Made by a program: the position numbers and the translations under genes
In this document: positions 16,857 through 24,000 of the stretch, piece by piece
Numbering within the stretch: position 1 is the stretch's first letter
How the letters are laid out: every line of letters starts with the position of its first letter
Notes under the pieces: model-generated
Told to the model about the DNA's origin: nothing
Seen by the model: the letters and a program-made list of their open reading frames with translations, nothing else
Databases searched by the model: none
Assembly (NCBI RefSeq): GCF_900113935.1
Contig: NZ_FORF01000003.1
Span: forward strand, 91,084 to 115,083
Reading direction: 5' to 3'
DNA from: Aquamicrobium aerolatum DSM 21857
GTDB lineage: Bacteria > Pseudomonadota > Alphaproteobacteria > Rhizobiales > Rhizobiaceae
Length of the DNA stretch: 24,000 nucleotides

Positions 16857-16889
16857 TTCAAATCTCCTGAGGTCGGGTGAGCGTGCCGC

Positions 16890-17318
<429 letters not shown>

Positions 17319-17344
17319 GTTGCCGATAGAAAACGACAAGCTCT

Positions 17345-17400
17345 TGAAAACAAAAGAAATAAAAATGAAACGCCGCGCTCCGGGATAGCCGGGCGCGGCG
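17345..17400 (-). terminator. Rho-independent terminator of tesB
   Basis: Hairpin GCCGCGC(T)CCGG-gata-(G)CCGGGCGCGGC at 17371-17400. On the minus strand it is followed by TTTCATTTTTATTTCTTTTGTTTT. It lies 37 nt after the tesB TAA. Confidence 0.7.
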
Positions 17401-17436
17401 CTTTTGTCTAAAATTCAGGCATATTTACGCCAATGA

Positions 17437-18312
17437 TTATTTCTTGGGCTGCGTGCGCAGGCGAACCAGCCCTTCCTGTGCGGTGGAGGCGATCAGGGTA
17501 CCGTCGCGGGCATAGAGGAAGCCGCGGGCAAGGCCGCGCGCGCCAATCGTGGTGGGGCTGTCCTGCGTGTAGAGCAGCCAGTCGTCGAGCTTGTGCGGGC
17601 GGTGGAACCACATTGCGTGGTCGAGGCTGGCCATCTGGATCTGCGGGTCGAAGCCGACCTTGCCATGGGCGAAGGTGGTGGTTTCCAGCAGCGTCATGTC
17701 TGACAGATAGGCAAGGATCGCCGCCTGCAAACGACTGTTGTCCGGGACCGGCCCGACCGTGCGCAGCCAGACATTCTGGCGCGGCGGCAGCTTGTCGGTG
17801 CTGGTGTAGTGCTCGGTGTTGACCGGGCGGATGTCGAGCGGGCGCTCGCGCGACCAGAACTTGCGCACGGCGTCCGGGACGGGATGACCGGTCTGCTCCA
17901 GAAGCTGCACCTGCGTTGGCAGGTTTTCGGGATCCGGCACGTCGAGCGGCATCGGCATCTGATGCTCAAGCCCGTCCTCAACCACCTGAAACGAGGATTC
18001 GAGCGAGAAGATTGCGTGGCCATGCTGGATCGCGGTGACGCGGCGGGTGGTGAACGAGCCGCCATCGCGCAGTCGGTCGACCTGATAGATGATCGGCACC
18101 TGCGGATCGCCGGGGCGCATGAAATAGCAATGAAGGGAATGTACCGCGCGGCTGTCATCGACGGTTCGCTGGGCGGCGACAAGCGCCTGCCCGATAACCT
18201 GGCCGCCAAAGACGCGCTGCCAGCCGACCTTGTGACTGCGACCACGATACAGGTTGTGTTCCAGCTGCTCGAGATCGAGAATATCGAGTAGCTCTTGCAT
18301 GGCCTGTGTCAT
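17437..18312 (-). CDS. tesB: Acyl-CoA thioesterase II
   Basis: 291 aa. MTQAMQELLDILDLEQLEHNLYRGRSHKVGWQRVFGGQVIGQALVAA aligns with the E. coli TesB N-terminus (LLxLLxLExIExxLFRGxS...QVFGGQVVGQAL). AGGAA SD upstream. Confidence 0.9.
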   Translation of the reverse strand: MTQAMQELLDILDLEQLEHNLYRGRSHKVGWQRVFGGQVIGQALVAAQRTVDDSRAVHSLHCYFMRPGDPQVPIIYQVDRLRDGGSFTTRRVTAIQHGHAIFSLESSFQVVEDGLEHQMPMPLDVPDPENLPTQVQLLEQTGHPVPDAVRKFWSRERPLDIRPVNTEHYTSTDKLPPRQNVWLRTVGPVPDNSRLQAAILAYLSDMTLLETTTFAHGKVGFDPQIQMASLDHAMWFHRPHKLDDWLLYTQDSPTTIGARGLARGFLYARDGTLIASTAQEGLVRLRTQPKK

Positions 18313-18406
18313 AGAGAGTTCCTAAGCATTCATCTGGTCCGGATTTCCGACACATTGGCACATCAAGTCAAGGCAGGTGGAGCTGCCGGCAGCAAAAGGA
18401 CAAAGC

Positions 18407-19651
18407 ATGGCTGACACATCCGCGCGTTTCGACGTGATCATCGCCGGGGCAGGCTATGTCGGCCTCGCCATCGCCGTCTCCATTGCGCAGGCGCGACCCA
18501 GCCTCGCTATCGCCATCGTCGATGCAGCGCCGGAAGGCGCGTGGCAACGCGACCGGCGCTGTGCCGCGATTGCCGCTGCGGCGACGCGGATGCTCGACCA
18601 GCTCGGCTGCTGGGAAGAAATCGCCCCCAAGGCACAGGCGATGACCGATATGGTGATCACCGATTCGCGCACCGCCGATCCGGTGCGCCCGGTGTTCCTG
18701 ACTTTCGACGGCGAGGTCGCGCCGGGCGAGCCGTTTGCCCATATGGTCGCCAATCTCGACCTGACGACCGCGCTGCGCCGCCGCGCCGGCGAACTTGGCG
18801 TGCACATGATCGAGGGCGTCGGCGTCACCGGTTTCGACACCGACCCGGCAAAGACCAATGTTCACCTTGCCGATGGGCGCGAACTGGAAACCCGCCTGCT
18901 GGTTGCCGCCGACGGCGTGCGCTCGCGCCTGCGCGATATGGCCGGCATTAGGACGGTGAAGTGGGAATATGGCCAGTCGGGCATTGTCTGCACCGTCGGC
19001 CATGAGCGCCCGCATGGCGGCCGCGCCGAAGAGCATTTCCTGCCAGCGGGACCATTTGCAATCCTGCCGCTGACGCCGGACGAGAACGGCACCAACCGTT
19101 CGTCGATCGTCTGGACCGAGCGGACCGAGGACGCCGACCGGCTGGTGGCCGAGGATGAACTGGTGTTCGAGGCCGAACTGGAAATGCGCTTCGGGCTCAA
19201 GCTCGGCGAGATCCATGTGATGGACAAGCCGCATGCCTGGCCGCTTGGCCTGACGCTGGCGCGCGACTTCGTCAGGCCGCGCTTTGCGCTGGCGGGCGAT
19301 GCGGCGCATGGCATCCACCCGATTGCGGGGCAGGGGCTCAATCTTGGCTTTCGCGATGCGGCGGCGCTGGCCGAAGTGGTGGTCGAAGCCGACCGGCTCG
19401 GACAGGATATCGGTACGCTCGACATCCTCGAGCGCTATCAGGAGTGGCGTCGCTTCGACACGCTGCAGATGGGCGTGACCACCGATGTTCTGACGCGGAT
19501 GTTCTCCAGCGATTTCGGCCCCTTGCGCATGGCGCGCGATTTCGGCCTCGGGCTGGTCGACCGCATGCCGAAGCTGAAGGACTTCTTCATCCGCCAGGCC
19601 TCAGGCCTTTCGGACAAGGCACCGCGGCTGTTGCGCGGCGAGGCGATCTGA
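18407..19651 (+). CDS. FAD-dependent ubiquinone-biosynthesis hydroxylase, UbiH/UbiF/VisC/COQ6 family
   Basis: The ORF opens at GTG 18377; the ATG at 18407 has AAGGA 7 nt upstream. FDVIIAGAGYVGLAIA (GxGxxG), LLVAADGVRSRLR and ALAGDAAHGIHPIAGQGLNLGFRDAAAL are the three flavin-monooxygenase motifs. Confidence 0.9.
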   Translation: MADTSARFDVIIAGAGYVGLAIAVSIAQARPSLAIAIVDAAPEGAWQRDRRCAAIAAAATRMLDQLGCWEEIAPKAQAMTDMVITDSRTADPVRPVFLTFDGEVAPGEPFAHMVANLDLTTALRRRAGELGVHMIEGVGVTGFDTDPAKTNVHLADGRELETRLLVAADGVRSRLRDMAGIRTVKWEYGQSGIVCTVGHERPHGGRAEEHFLPAGPFAILPLTPDENGTNRSSIVWTERTEDADRLVAEDELVFEAELEMRFGLKLGEIHVMDKPHAWPLGLTLARDFVRPRFALAGDAAHGIHPIAGQGLNLGFRDAAALAEVVVEADRLGQDIGTLDILERYQEWRRFDTLQMGVTTDVLTRMFSSDFGPLRMARDFGLGLVDRMPKLKDFFIRQASGLSDKAPRLLRGEAI

Positions 19652-19755
19652 GGGAGGGGAGTAGGCAGTAGGGGAGGATATGATCCGCCCCTCTACCTTC
19701 AAGCTTATTCCAGCCCACCTGTTCCCCTACTCCCTTATTTCCCCTATTCCCCTCA
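19651..19755. repeat. G-rich/C-rich palindromic intergenic element, family A copy 1
   Basis: GGGAGGGGAGTAGGCAGTAGGGGAGG...AAGCTT(19701-19706)...CCCCTACTCCCTTATTTCCCCTATTCCCCTCA. The ~70-bp core is the reverse complement of the core at 20885-20945. The element starts on the last base of the upstream TGA stop. Confidence 0.8.
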
Positions 19756-19767
19756 CGGCTCTCCCCG

Positions 19768-19795
19768 CTTGCATCCCCGGCAATTCTGGCTATCT
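19768..19795 (+). promoter_or_regulatory. Candidate sigma-70 promoter of the ybaK-like gene
   Basis: CTTGCA (19768-19773), 16-nt spacer, CTATCT (19790-19795), compared with the rhizobial consensus CTTGAC-N17-CTATAT. The -10 ends 8 nt before the ATG, implying a nearly leaderless mRNA. Confidence 0.3.
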
Positions 19796-19803
19796 TGCCC
19801 GCC

Positions 19804-20262
19804 ATGAGCCTTGAATCCGTACGTGCCTTCCTCGCCGATAAAGCCCCCGATATCGAGATCATCGTCACCGAGCAGAGTTCTGCCACGGTGGAACTCGCCG
19901 CACAGGCGCATGGTGTCGAGCCTGCCCAGATCGCCAAGACGATCTGTGTGCGTGTCGGGGAGCAGGCAATGCTGATTGTCGCTGGCGGCACCGCGCGTCT
20001 CGACAACAAGAAGTTCAAGGCGCAGTTTTCCGGCAAGCCGCGCATGCTCGGCGCCGAAGAGGTGGTGGAACTGACCAGCCATCCGGTCGGCGGCGTCTGC
20101 CCGTTCGGTGTTGCAACGCCGATGCCGATCTATTGCGACGAGTCCCTGCGCGCCTTTGACGAGGTGGTTCCGGCTGCCGGCGCGACCAATGCGGCGGTGC
20201 GCATCGGCACCGAGCGTCTCGCCGAAATCACCGATGCCAGCTGGGTCGACGTCTGCCAGTAG
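19804..20262 (+). CDS. YbaK/EbsC-family aminoacyl-tRNA deacylase-like protein
   Basis: The ORF opens at TTG 19795; the first ATG is at 19804 (MSLESVRAFL...). Diagnostic segments: KTICVRVGEQAMLIVAGG...KK and HPVGGVCPFG. Confidence 0.8.
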   Translation: MSLESVRAFLADKAPDIEIIVTEQSSATVELAAQAHGVEPAQIAKTICVRVGEQAMLIVAGGTARLDNKKFKAQFSGKPRMLGAEEVVELTSHPVGGVCPFGVATPMPIYCDESLRAFDEVVPAAGATNAAVRIGTERLAEITDASWVDVCQ

Positions 20263-20298
20263 ACGGCGACTACCTATAGGCACTGGGCCTGCATCCCC

Positions 20299-20340
20299 TA
20301 AAGCGTGTCGCGATCCTTCGGATTCGCTTCACACGCTTTA
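20299..20340. repeat. 10-bp perfect inverted repeat TAAAGCGTGT / ACACGCTTTA (22-nt spacer) downstream of the ybaK-like gene
   Basis: Arms at 20299-20308 and 20331-20340. The spacer holds a second imperfect hairpin (GCGATCC-TTCG-GATTCGC). It may be a terminator or part of a composite repeat with the family B element that follows. Confidence 0.5.
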
Positions 20341-20355
20341 AGTTCCTGCATTGAC

Positions 20356-20400
20356 GCATGTCTTTATCCCGAAACCGGTTCCCACTTTCGGGCGACATGC
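20356..20400. repeat. Palindromic intergenic element, family B copy 2
   Basis: GCATGTC-TTTAT-CCCGAAA-ccggttcccac-TTTCGGG-c-GACATGC. Same orientation and about 85 percent identity to 785-824. Confidence 0.75.
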
Positions 20401-20444
20401 GCTATCTTGCAGCGTAGCCACCACTACAAACCAGGGAGATGATC

Positions 20445-20873
20445 ATGGATCGCCACGCAACTGCCGTCTGGAAAGGTGCTCTCAAGGACGGGTCGGGAAC
20501 GCTCGACACCCAGAGCGGTGTCCTGTCGGCCAATCCCTATTCCTTCAAGGCGCGCTTTGAGGACGAAAGCGGCAAGTCCGCAACCAATCCGGAAGAGCTG
20601 ATCGCCGCCGCCCATGCCGGCTGCTTTGCCATGCAGCTGTCGCATTTCCTTGCCGAAAACGGCACCCCCGCAGAGAGGCTCGAAGCCAAGGCCGTGGTCA
20701 CGCTCGTGCCCGGCACCGGCATCACCCGCAGCGCGCTGACGCTGCGCGGCAACGTCCCCGGCATCGACGACGCCAAGTTTCAGGAACTCGCCGACAAGGC
20801 CAAGAAAGGCTGCCCCGTGTCGCAGGCGCTCGGCGCGATCGAGGTGACGCTGGACGCGAAGCTGGGGGAGTAG
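20445..20873 (+). CDS. osmC: Peroxiredoxin OsmC (organic hydroperoxide reductase family)
   Basis: AGGGAG SD lies 6 nt before the ATG at 20445 (the ORF opens at 20439). MDRHATAVWKGALKDGSGTLDTQSGVL...NPEELIAAAHAGCFAMQLS...KKGCPVSQAL aligns along its length with E. coli OsmC, including both catalytic Cys. Confidence 0.9.
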   Translation: MDRHATAVWKGALKDGSGTLDTQSGVLSANPYSFKARFEDESGKSATNPEELIAAAHAGCFAMQLSHFLAENGTPAERLEAKAVVTLVPGTGITRSALTLRGNVPGIDDAKFQELADKAKKGCPVSQALGAIEVTLDAKLGE

Positions 20874-21014
20874 GTTGGTAGGGGAGTAGGGGAAGAGGTG
20901 GGCTAAAATAAGCTTGAAGGGAGAGGGGCGGGTCGTATCCTTCCCTTATTCCCTTATTCCCTTATTCCCTTATTCCCTTATTCCCTTATTCCCTTATTCC
21001 CTTATTCCCTTACT
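20864..21014. repeat. G-rich/C-rich palindromic intergenic element, family A copy 2, with an expanded C-rich arm
   Basis: GGGGGAGTAGGTTGGTAGGGGAGTAGGGGAAGAGGTGGGCTAAAATAAGCTT(20910-20915)GAAGGGAGAGGGGCGGGTCGTATCC followed by the octamer array. It overlaps the last codons and stop of osmC, and the stop of ccmG. Confidence 0.8.
20943..21014. repeat. Octanucleotide microsatellite (CCCTTATT) x8 plus one variant unit CCCTTACT
   Basis: Eight perfect head-to-tail units span 20943-21006; the variant unit is at 21007-21014. The ccmG TAA stop (21010-21012) lies inside the variant unit. Confidence 0.95.
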
Positions 21015-21588
21015 GCGCTGCCGCTGCCTTCTCGATCTCCGCCTTCAACGCTCCCGCCACGATCTCCGCCGTGAACGGGCCGACCTGTTTCCAGGCGATC
21101 TTGCCGTCCTTGCCGACGAGGAAGGTTTCGGGCACGCCGTAGACGCCCCAGTCGATGGCGGCGCGGCCGCTGTCGTCGACGCCGATGGCGTCGTAGGGAT
21201 TGCCGAGATCGCCGAGGAAGCGACGGGCGTTCTCCGGGCGGTCCTTGTAGTTCAGCCCGACGATCGTGAGGCGTTCATCCTTGGCCAGCTGCATCAGGAA
21301 TGGATGCTCCTGCCGGCACGGACCGCACCATGATGCCCAGACATTGACCAGCGTGACCTTGCCGGCGAATTGCGCCGGGTCGAGACCGGGCAGCGCTACG
21401 CCTTCCAGCGGCGGCAAGGCGATCTGCGGCGCTTGTGCGCCGATGAGGGCAGAGGGCACCACCGAACTGTCGCGGCCTGACAGGAGCTGGGCGGCAAAGA
21501 CGCCGGCGAGCGCCAGGAAGACGAACAGCGGCAGCAGCGCCAGCCAGCGCCGCCTGGTGCCGGCGGGCGTTTCGGGCGTGGTGGTCAT
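21010..21588 (-). CDS. ccmG: Thiol:disulfide interchange protein CcmG/DsbE (cytochrome c maturation)
   Basis: 192 aa with an N-terminal membrane anchor and the thioredoxin motif WASWCGPCRQEHP. ATGA overlap with the ccmD stop. Confidence 0.92.
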   Translation of the reverse strand: MTTTPETPAGTRRRWLALLPLFVFLALAGVFAAQLLSGRDSSVVPSALIGAQAPQIALPPLEGVALPGLDPAQFAGKVTLVNVWASWCGPCRQEHPFLMQLAKDERLTIVGLNYKDRPENARRFLGDLGNPYDAIGVDDSGRAAIDWGVYGVPETFLVGKDGKIAWKQVGPFTAEIVAGALKAEIEKAAAAQ

Positions 21589-21755
21589 CGGGCGGTGCCT
21601 GCGCGGTCGGAGCGGCGGCGGATGCCGGCCTTTTCAAGCTGGGCAAGTTCGCGCTTGCGCGCGCGCTGGTCGAGAAGGATCCAGAAGGCGAGCGCGCCAA
21701 GGACGAGGAGCGTCGCGCCATAGGCGGCGGTGACGTAGATCGCGTGGGTGCTCAT
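21585..21755 (-). CDS. ccmD: Heme exporter protein CcmD
   Basis: 56 aa from the ATG at 21753-21755 (MSTHAIYVTAAYGATLLVLGALAFWILLDQRARKREL...). It starts 1 nt after the ccmC TGA. The single-TM small protein has the typical position and composition. Confidence 0.85.
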   Translation of the reverse strand: MSTHAIYVTAAYGATLLVLGALAFWILLDQRARKRELAQLEKAGIRRRSDRAGTAR

Positions 21756-21756
21756 C

Positions 21757-22524
21757 TCAGGCCTCCTGCCGGTCGGCGCTGCGCGCGGCGATGCGGCGCA
21801 TGGCGGCAACGCGTCGACGCCAGATTTCGGTGCGCATCGCCATCAGGTGCAGGGTGAAGAACAACAGCGAGAAGCCGACCGCGCAGATCAGGAGCGGCCA
21901 CAGCATCGAGGGATGAATCGTCGGGCCGTCGAGGCGGATGACGGAGGCTGGCTGATGCAGCGTGTTCCACCAGTCGACCGAGAACTTGATGATCGGAATA
22001 TTGATGAAGCCGACCAGCGTGACGATGGCGGCGGCGCGCGCGCTGCGGCCGGGATCGTCAAGCGCGCGGGTCAGCGCGATGACGCCCAGATACATCATGA
22101 ACAACACGAACACCGAGGTCAGGCGCGCGTCCCACACCCACCAGGTGCCCCACATCGGCTTGCCCCAGATCGAGCCGGTGATCAGCGCCAACAGCGTGAA
22201 GGCGGCGCCGATCGGCGCGGCGGCCTTGAGCGACACGTCGGCCAGCGGATGACGCCAGACCAAAGTGCCGAGCGCCGACAGCGACATGATCGAGTAGCAC
22301 ATCATCGCAAGCCAGGCGAAGGGCACGTGAATATACATGATCCGCACGGTGATGCCCTGCTGGTAGTCCTGCGGCGCATTGAAGGCGAGCCACAGGCCAA
22401 CAGCCAGCGCGATTGCGGAAAGGGCGGCAAGCCACGGCACCAGCCGGTCGGCCAGCGCGATGAACCGTGTTGGATTGGCAAGGTCCATCCAACGTCCGGC
22501 AGGTGCTGTTGCGCTATCGTTCAT
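21757..22524 (-). CDS. ccmC: Heme exporter / heme lyase subunit CcmC
   Basis: 255 aa polytopic protein with the WWD heme-handling motif WGKPMWGTWWVWDARLT and the conserved WWNTLHQ segment. Confidence 0.95.
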   Translation of the reverse strand: MNDSATAPAGRWMDLANPTRFIALADRLVPWLAALSAIALAVGLWLAFNAPQDYQQGITVRIMYIHVPFAWLAMMCYSIMSLSALGTLVWRHPLADVSLKAAAPIGAAFTLLALITGSIWGKPMWGTWWVWDARLTSVFVLFMMYLGVIALTRALDDPGRSARAAAIVTLVGFINIPIIKFSVDWWNTLHQPASVIRLDGPTIHPSMLWPLLICAVGFSLLFFTLHLMAMRTEIWRRRVAAMRRIAARSADRQEA

Positions 22525-22565
22525 GGCTGTCTTTCATAAACGGGGTCGGCGGGGATCGCAATTTG

Positions 22566-22603
22566 CTGCACTTGTCGCAGTTTGCGCGGCGCGGCAAGTG
22601 CTG
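22566..22603. repeat. Imperfect inverted repeat in the 155-bp ccmB-ccmC spacer
   Basis: CTGCACTTGTCGC (22566-22578) / GCGGCAAGTGCTG (22591-22603). 11 of 13 positions are complementary, with a perfect core GCACTTG / CAAGTGC. Confidence 0.4.
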
Positions 22604-22679
22604 CACCGGGTTTGCCAGCGCATCTGATAAGGCAGGATGGCCTGTTAGAGCAAGACGGCTGACCTCAATGTGATCGGGA

Positions 22680-23345
22680 TCAATCGGCCCCTGATTTCAG
22701 CGCCAGCGCGGCGGCAAACGGCCCGATGACAGCGAAGAACAAGGTCAGCGCCACCAGAATCAGGAAAGGCGGCAGGAACGGATTGGGATCGTTGACCGCG
22801 CCATAGGCTGCCGAGACGCCGAAGATCAGCACCGGGATCGCCAGCGGTAGCACCAGCACCGACACCAGCAACCCGCCGCGCGGCAGCGCCACGGCGACGG
22901 CGGCTCCGACCGCGCCGATGAAGGCGATGGCCGGGGTGCCGACAAGCAGCGTCAGCGAGGTGGCGGCAATGCCGACCGGCTCGATATTCATGAACAGGCC
23001 GAGCAGCGGCGAGGCGATGACCAGCGGCAACACCGAGGCGGTCCAGTGCGCAAGGCATTTGACCAGCACGGTCAGCGCCAGCATGTGGCGGGATTCGGCA
23101 AGGATCATGAGGTCGAGCGAGCCGTCCTCGCGCTCGGCCTGAAACAGGCGGTCGAGGCCAAGCAGGCTGGCGAGTAGCGCGCCGACCCACAGGATCGCCG
23201 GGCCGATGCGCGCCAGAAGGTTAAGGTCCGGGCCGACGCCGAATGGCACCACGGCGACAACCGCGAGGAAGAACAGGACGCCGACCAGCGCTCCGCCGCC
23301 AGCGCGGATGCCGAGCCGCAGATCACGGACGAAAAGAGCTAGCAT
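22680..23345 (-). CDS. ccmB: Heme exporter permease CcmB
   Basis: 221 aa from the ATG at 23343-23345 (MLALFVRDLRLGIRAGGGALVGVLFFL...). The longer ORF, extending to 23462, reads into the palindromic repeat and is not credible. Confidence 0.9.
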   Translation of the reverse strand: MLALFVRDLRLGIRAGGGALVGVLFFLAVVAVVPFGVGPDLNLLARIGPAILWVGALLASLLGLDRLFQAEREDGSLDLMILAESRHMLALTVLVKCLAHWTASVLPLVIASPLLGLFMNIEPVGIAATSLTLLVGTPAIAFIGAVGAAVAVALPRGGLLVSVLVLPLAIPVLIFGVSAAYGAVNDPNPFLPPFLILVALTLFFAVIGPFAAALALKSGAD

Positions 23346-23394
23346 GTGGCGGTTTCCGTCGGGTGGATGGTGGGGTGAGCGTAACCTTTGGCAA

Positions 23395-23544
23395 CCCCCT
23401 CTGGCCTGCCGGCCATCTCCCCCGCAAGGGGGGAGAAACGCATTGGCTCCGCTACCGCCCAACCGTAAGCCGAAATCAGCTGGAAAGGTCGTGCCAGCTT
23501 GTCTCCCCCTTTGAGGGGGAGATGGCCGGCAGGCCGGAGGGGGG
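23395..23544. repeat. MITE/RIME-like palindromic element (family C) inserted in the ccmA-ccmB spacer
   Basis: A ~42-bp unit CCCCCTCTGGCCTGCCGGCCATCTCCCCCGCAAGGGGGGAGA (23395-23436) recurs inverted at 23502-23544 after a 65-bp spacer. Each unit contains its own TCTCCCCC/GGGGGAGA mini-hairpin. Confidence 0.85.
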
Positions 23545-23571
23545 CCGTCCAGAATAAAGCTCGCTGCGCCA

Positions 23572-24000
23572 TCAGTCCGCCGCTCCCATCACCAGCGATT
23601 TGACGCCCTCAAGGCCAAGCGGGATGTGGGTGGCGGCGACGATCATGCCGCCATCTTCCAGATGCGCGCGCATCAATGCGGCGAACTGCTTTTCGGAGCG
23701 CGCGTCAAGCCCGGCGGTCGGCTCGTCGAGCAGCCAGATCGGGCGGTAGCTGACCAGGATCTTGGCGATGGCGATGCGGCGCTTCTGGCCGGTGGACAGA
23801 TAGCCATAGGGCAGGTGGCCGACCTGCGGCAGCCCGACCATTTCCATGGCGTCCTCGATGTCGAGATGGGCGTTGCCGCAGAATTCCTGCCAGAATTGCA
23901 GGTTCTCCGTCACGCTCAGCGCGGTTTTCATGGCGTTGCCATGGCCCAGATAATGCAGCGCCGATGCGACATCTGGCCACGCCTCGCCGCCGCCCTCAAG
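23572..24000 (-). CDS. ccmA: Heme exporter ATP-binding protein CcmA (3' part; N-terminus beyond the window edge)
   Basis: The frame stays open to nt 24000 (LEGGGEAWPDVASALHYLGHGNAMKTALSVTENLQFW...). ABC signature LSTGQKRRIAIA and Walker B IWLLDEPTAGLD. Confidence 0.9.
   Translation of the reverse strand, partial: LEGGGEAWPDVASALHYLGHGNAMKTALSVTENLQFWQEFCGNAHLDIEDAMEMVGLPQVGHLPYGYLSTGQKRRIAIAKILVSYRPIWLLDEPTAGLDARSEKQFAALMRAHLEDGGMIVAATHIPLGLEGVKSLVMGAAD

Noticed and set aside
18382-18393. Perfect 12-bp palindrome GCTGCCGGCAGC just upstream of the Ubi hydroxylase start.
   Set aside because: It is short and GC-rich, which is expected by chance in a genome of this composition. There is no second half-site or repeat to support an operator.
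20370-20396. EcfG/general-stress-type promoter (GGAAC-N16-17-CGTT) upstream of osmC: GAAAC-N17-CGAC.
   Set aside because: There are mismatches in both boxes. The sequence is the stem-loop of repeat family B, whose other copy (785-824) lacks the -10-like box, so the resemblance is probably fortuitous.
20943-21014. Possible CRISPR array or coding tandem repeat.
   Set aside because: The units are 8 nt, head-to-tail, and have no spacers. This is a microsatellite, not a CRISPR array.
20914-21333. ORF encoding FPYSLIPLFPYSLIPLFPYSLIPL... (139 aa, + strand).
   Set aside because: This is the translation of the octanucleotide microsatellite followed by the antisense of ccmG, not a gene.
23206-23572. 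ORFs 23206-23514, 23243-23557 (+) and 23339-23572 (-), and the N-terminal extension of ccmB to 23462.
   Set aside because: They are read through the family C palindrome (peptides such as PAGHLPRKGGE and EGEMAGRPEGG). This is a known type of repeat-derived spurious ORF. CcmB of normal length starts at 23345.

Overview
High-GC alphaproteobacterial chromosomal window; a Rhizobiales-like origin is inferred from gene content and repeat types. From 13.9 to 24 kb it is conserved housekeeping: a DUF1223 thioredoxin-like protein, a ceramidase-like membrane protein, glnK-amtB, tesB, a UbiH/UbiF/COQ6-type flavin hydroxylase, a YbaK-like deacylase, osmC, and the cytochrome c maturation genes ccmA (partial)-ccmB-ccmC-ccmD-ccmG. 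Three families of palindromic intergenic repeats and an octanucleotide microsatellite are interspersed among these genes. From 0.8 to 13.8 kb lies an accessory-looking module. It holds a 2724-aa Sec-dependent giant repeat protein (DUF11-type and SdrD-B-like modules) whose stop overlaps the start of a ~1255-aa outer-membrane beta-barrel-like protein I cannot assign to a known family. A LuxR-family solo regulator is read divergently across a 373-bp AT-richer spacer. The giant protein shows no recognisable T1SS, T5SS, T9SS or sortase features. The gene pair is therefore my best candidate for an undescribed two-gene surface-display or secretion system. Other points worth a second look: an orphan plus-strand intrinsic terminator with no upstream gene (candidate sRNA), a MITE-like element inside the ccmA-ccmB spacer, and inverted copies of a G-rich/C-rich element bracketing ybaK-osmC. 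All calls come from reading the sequence and ORF translations only; no database search was run.
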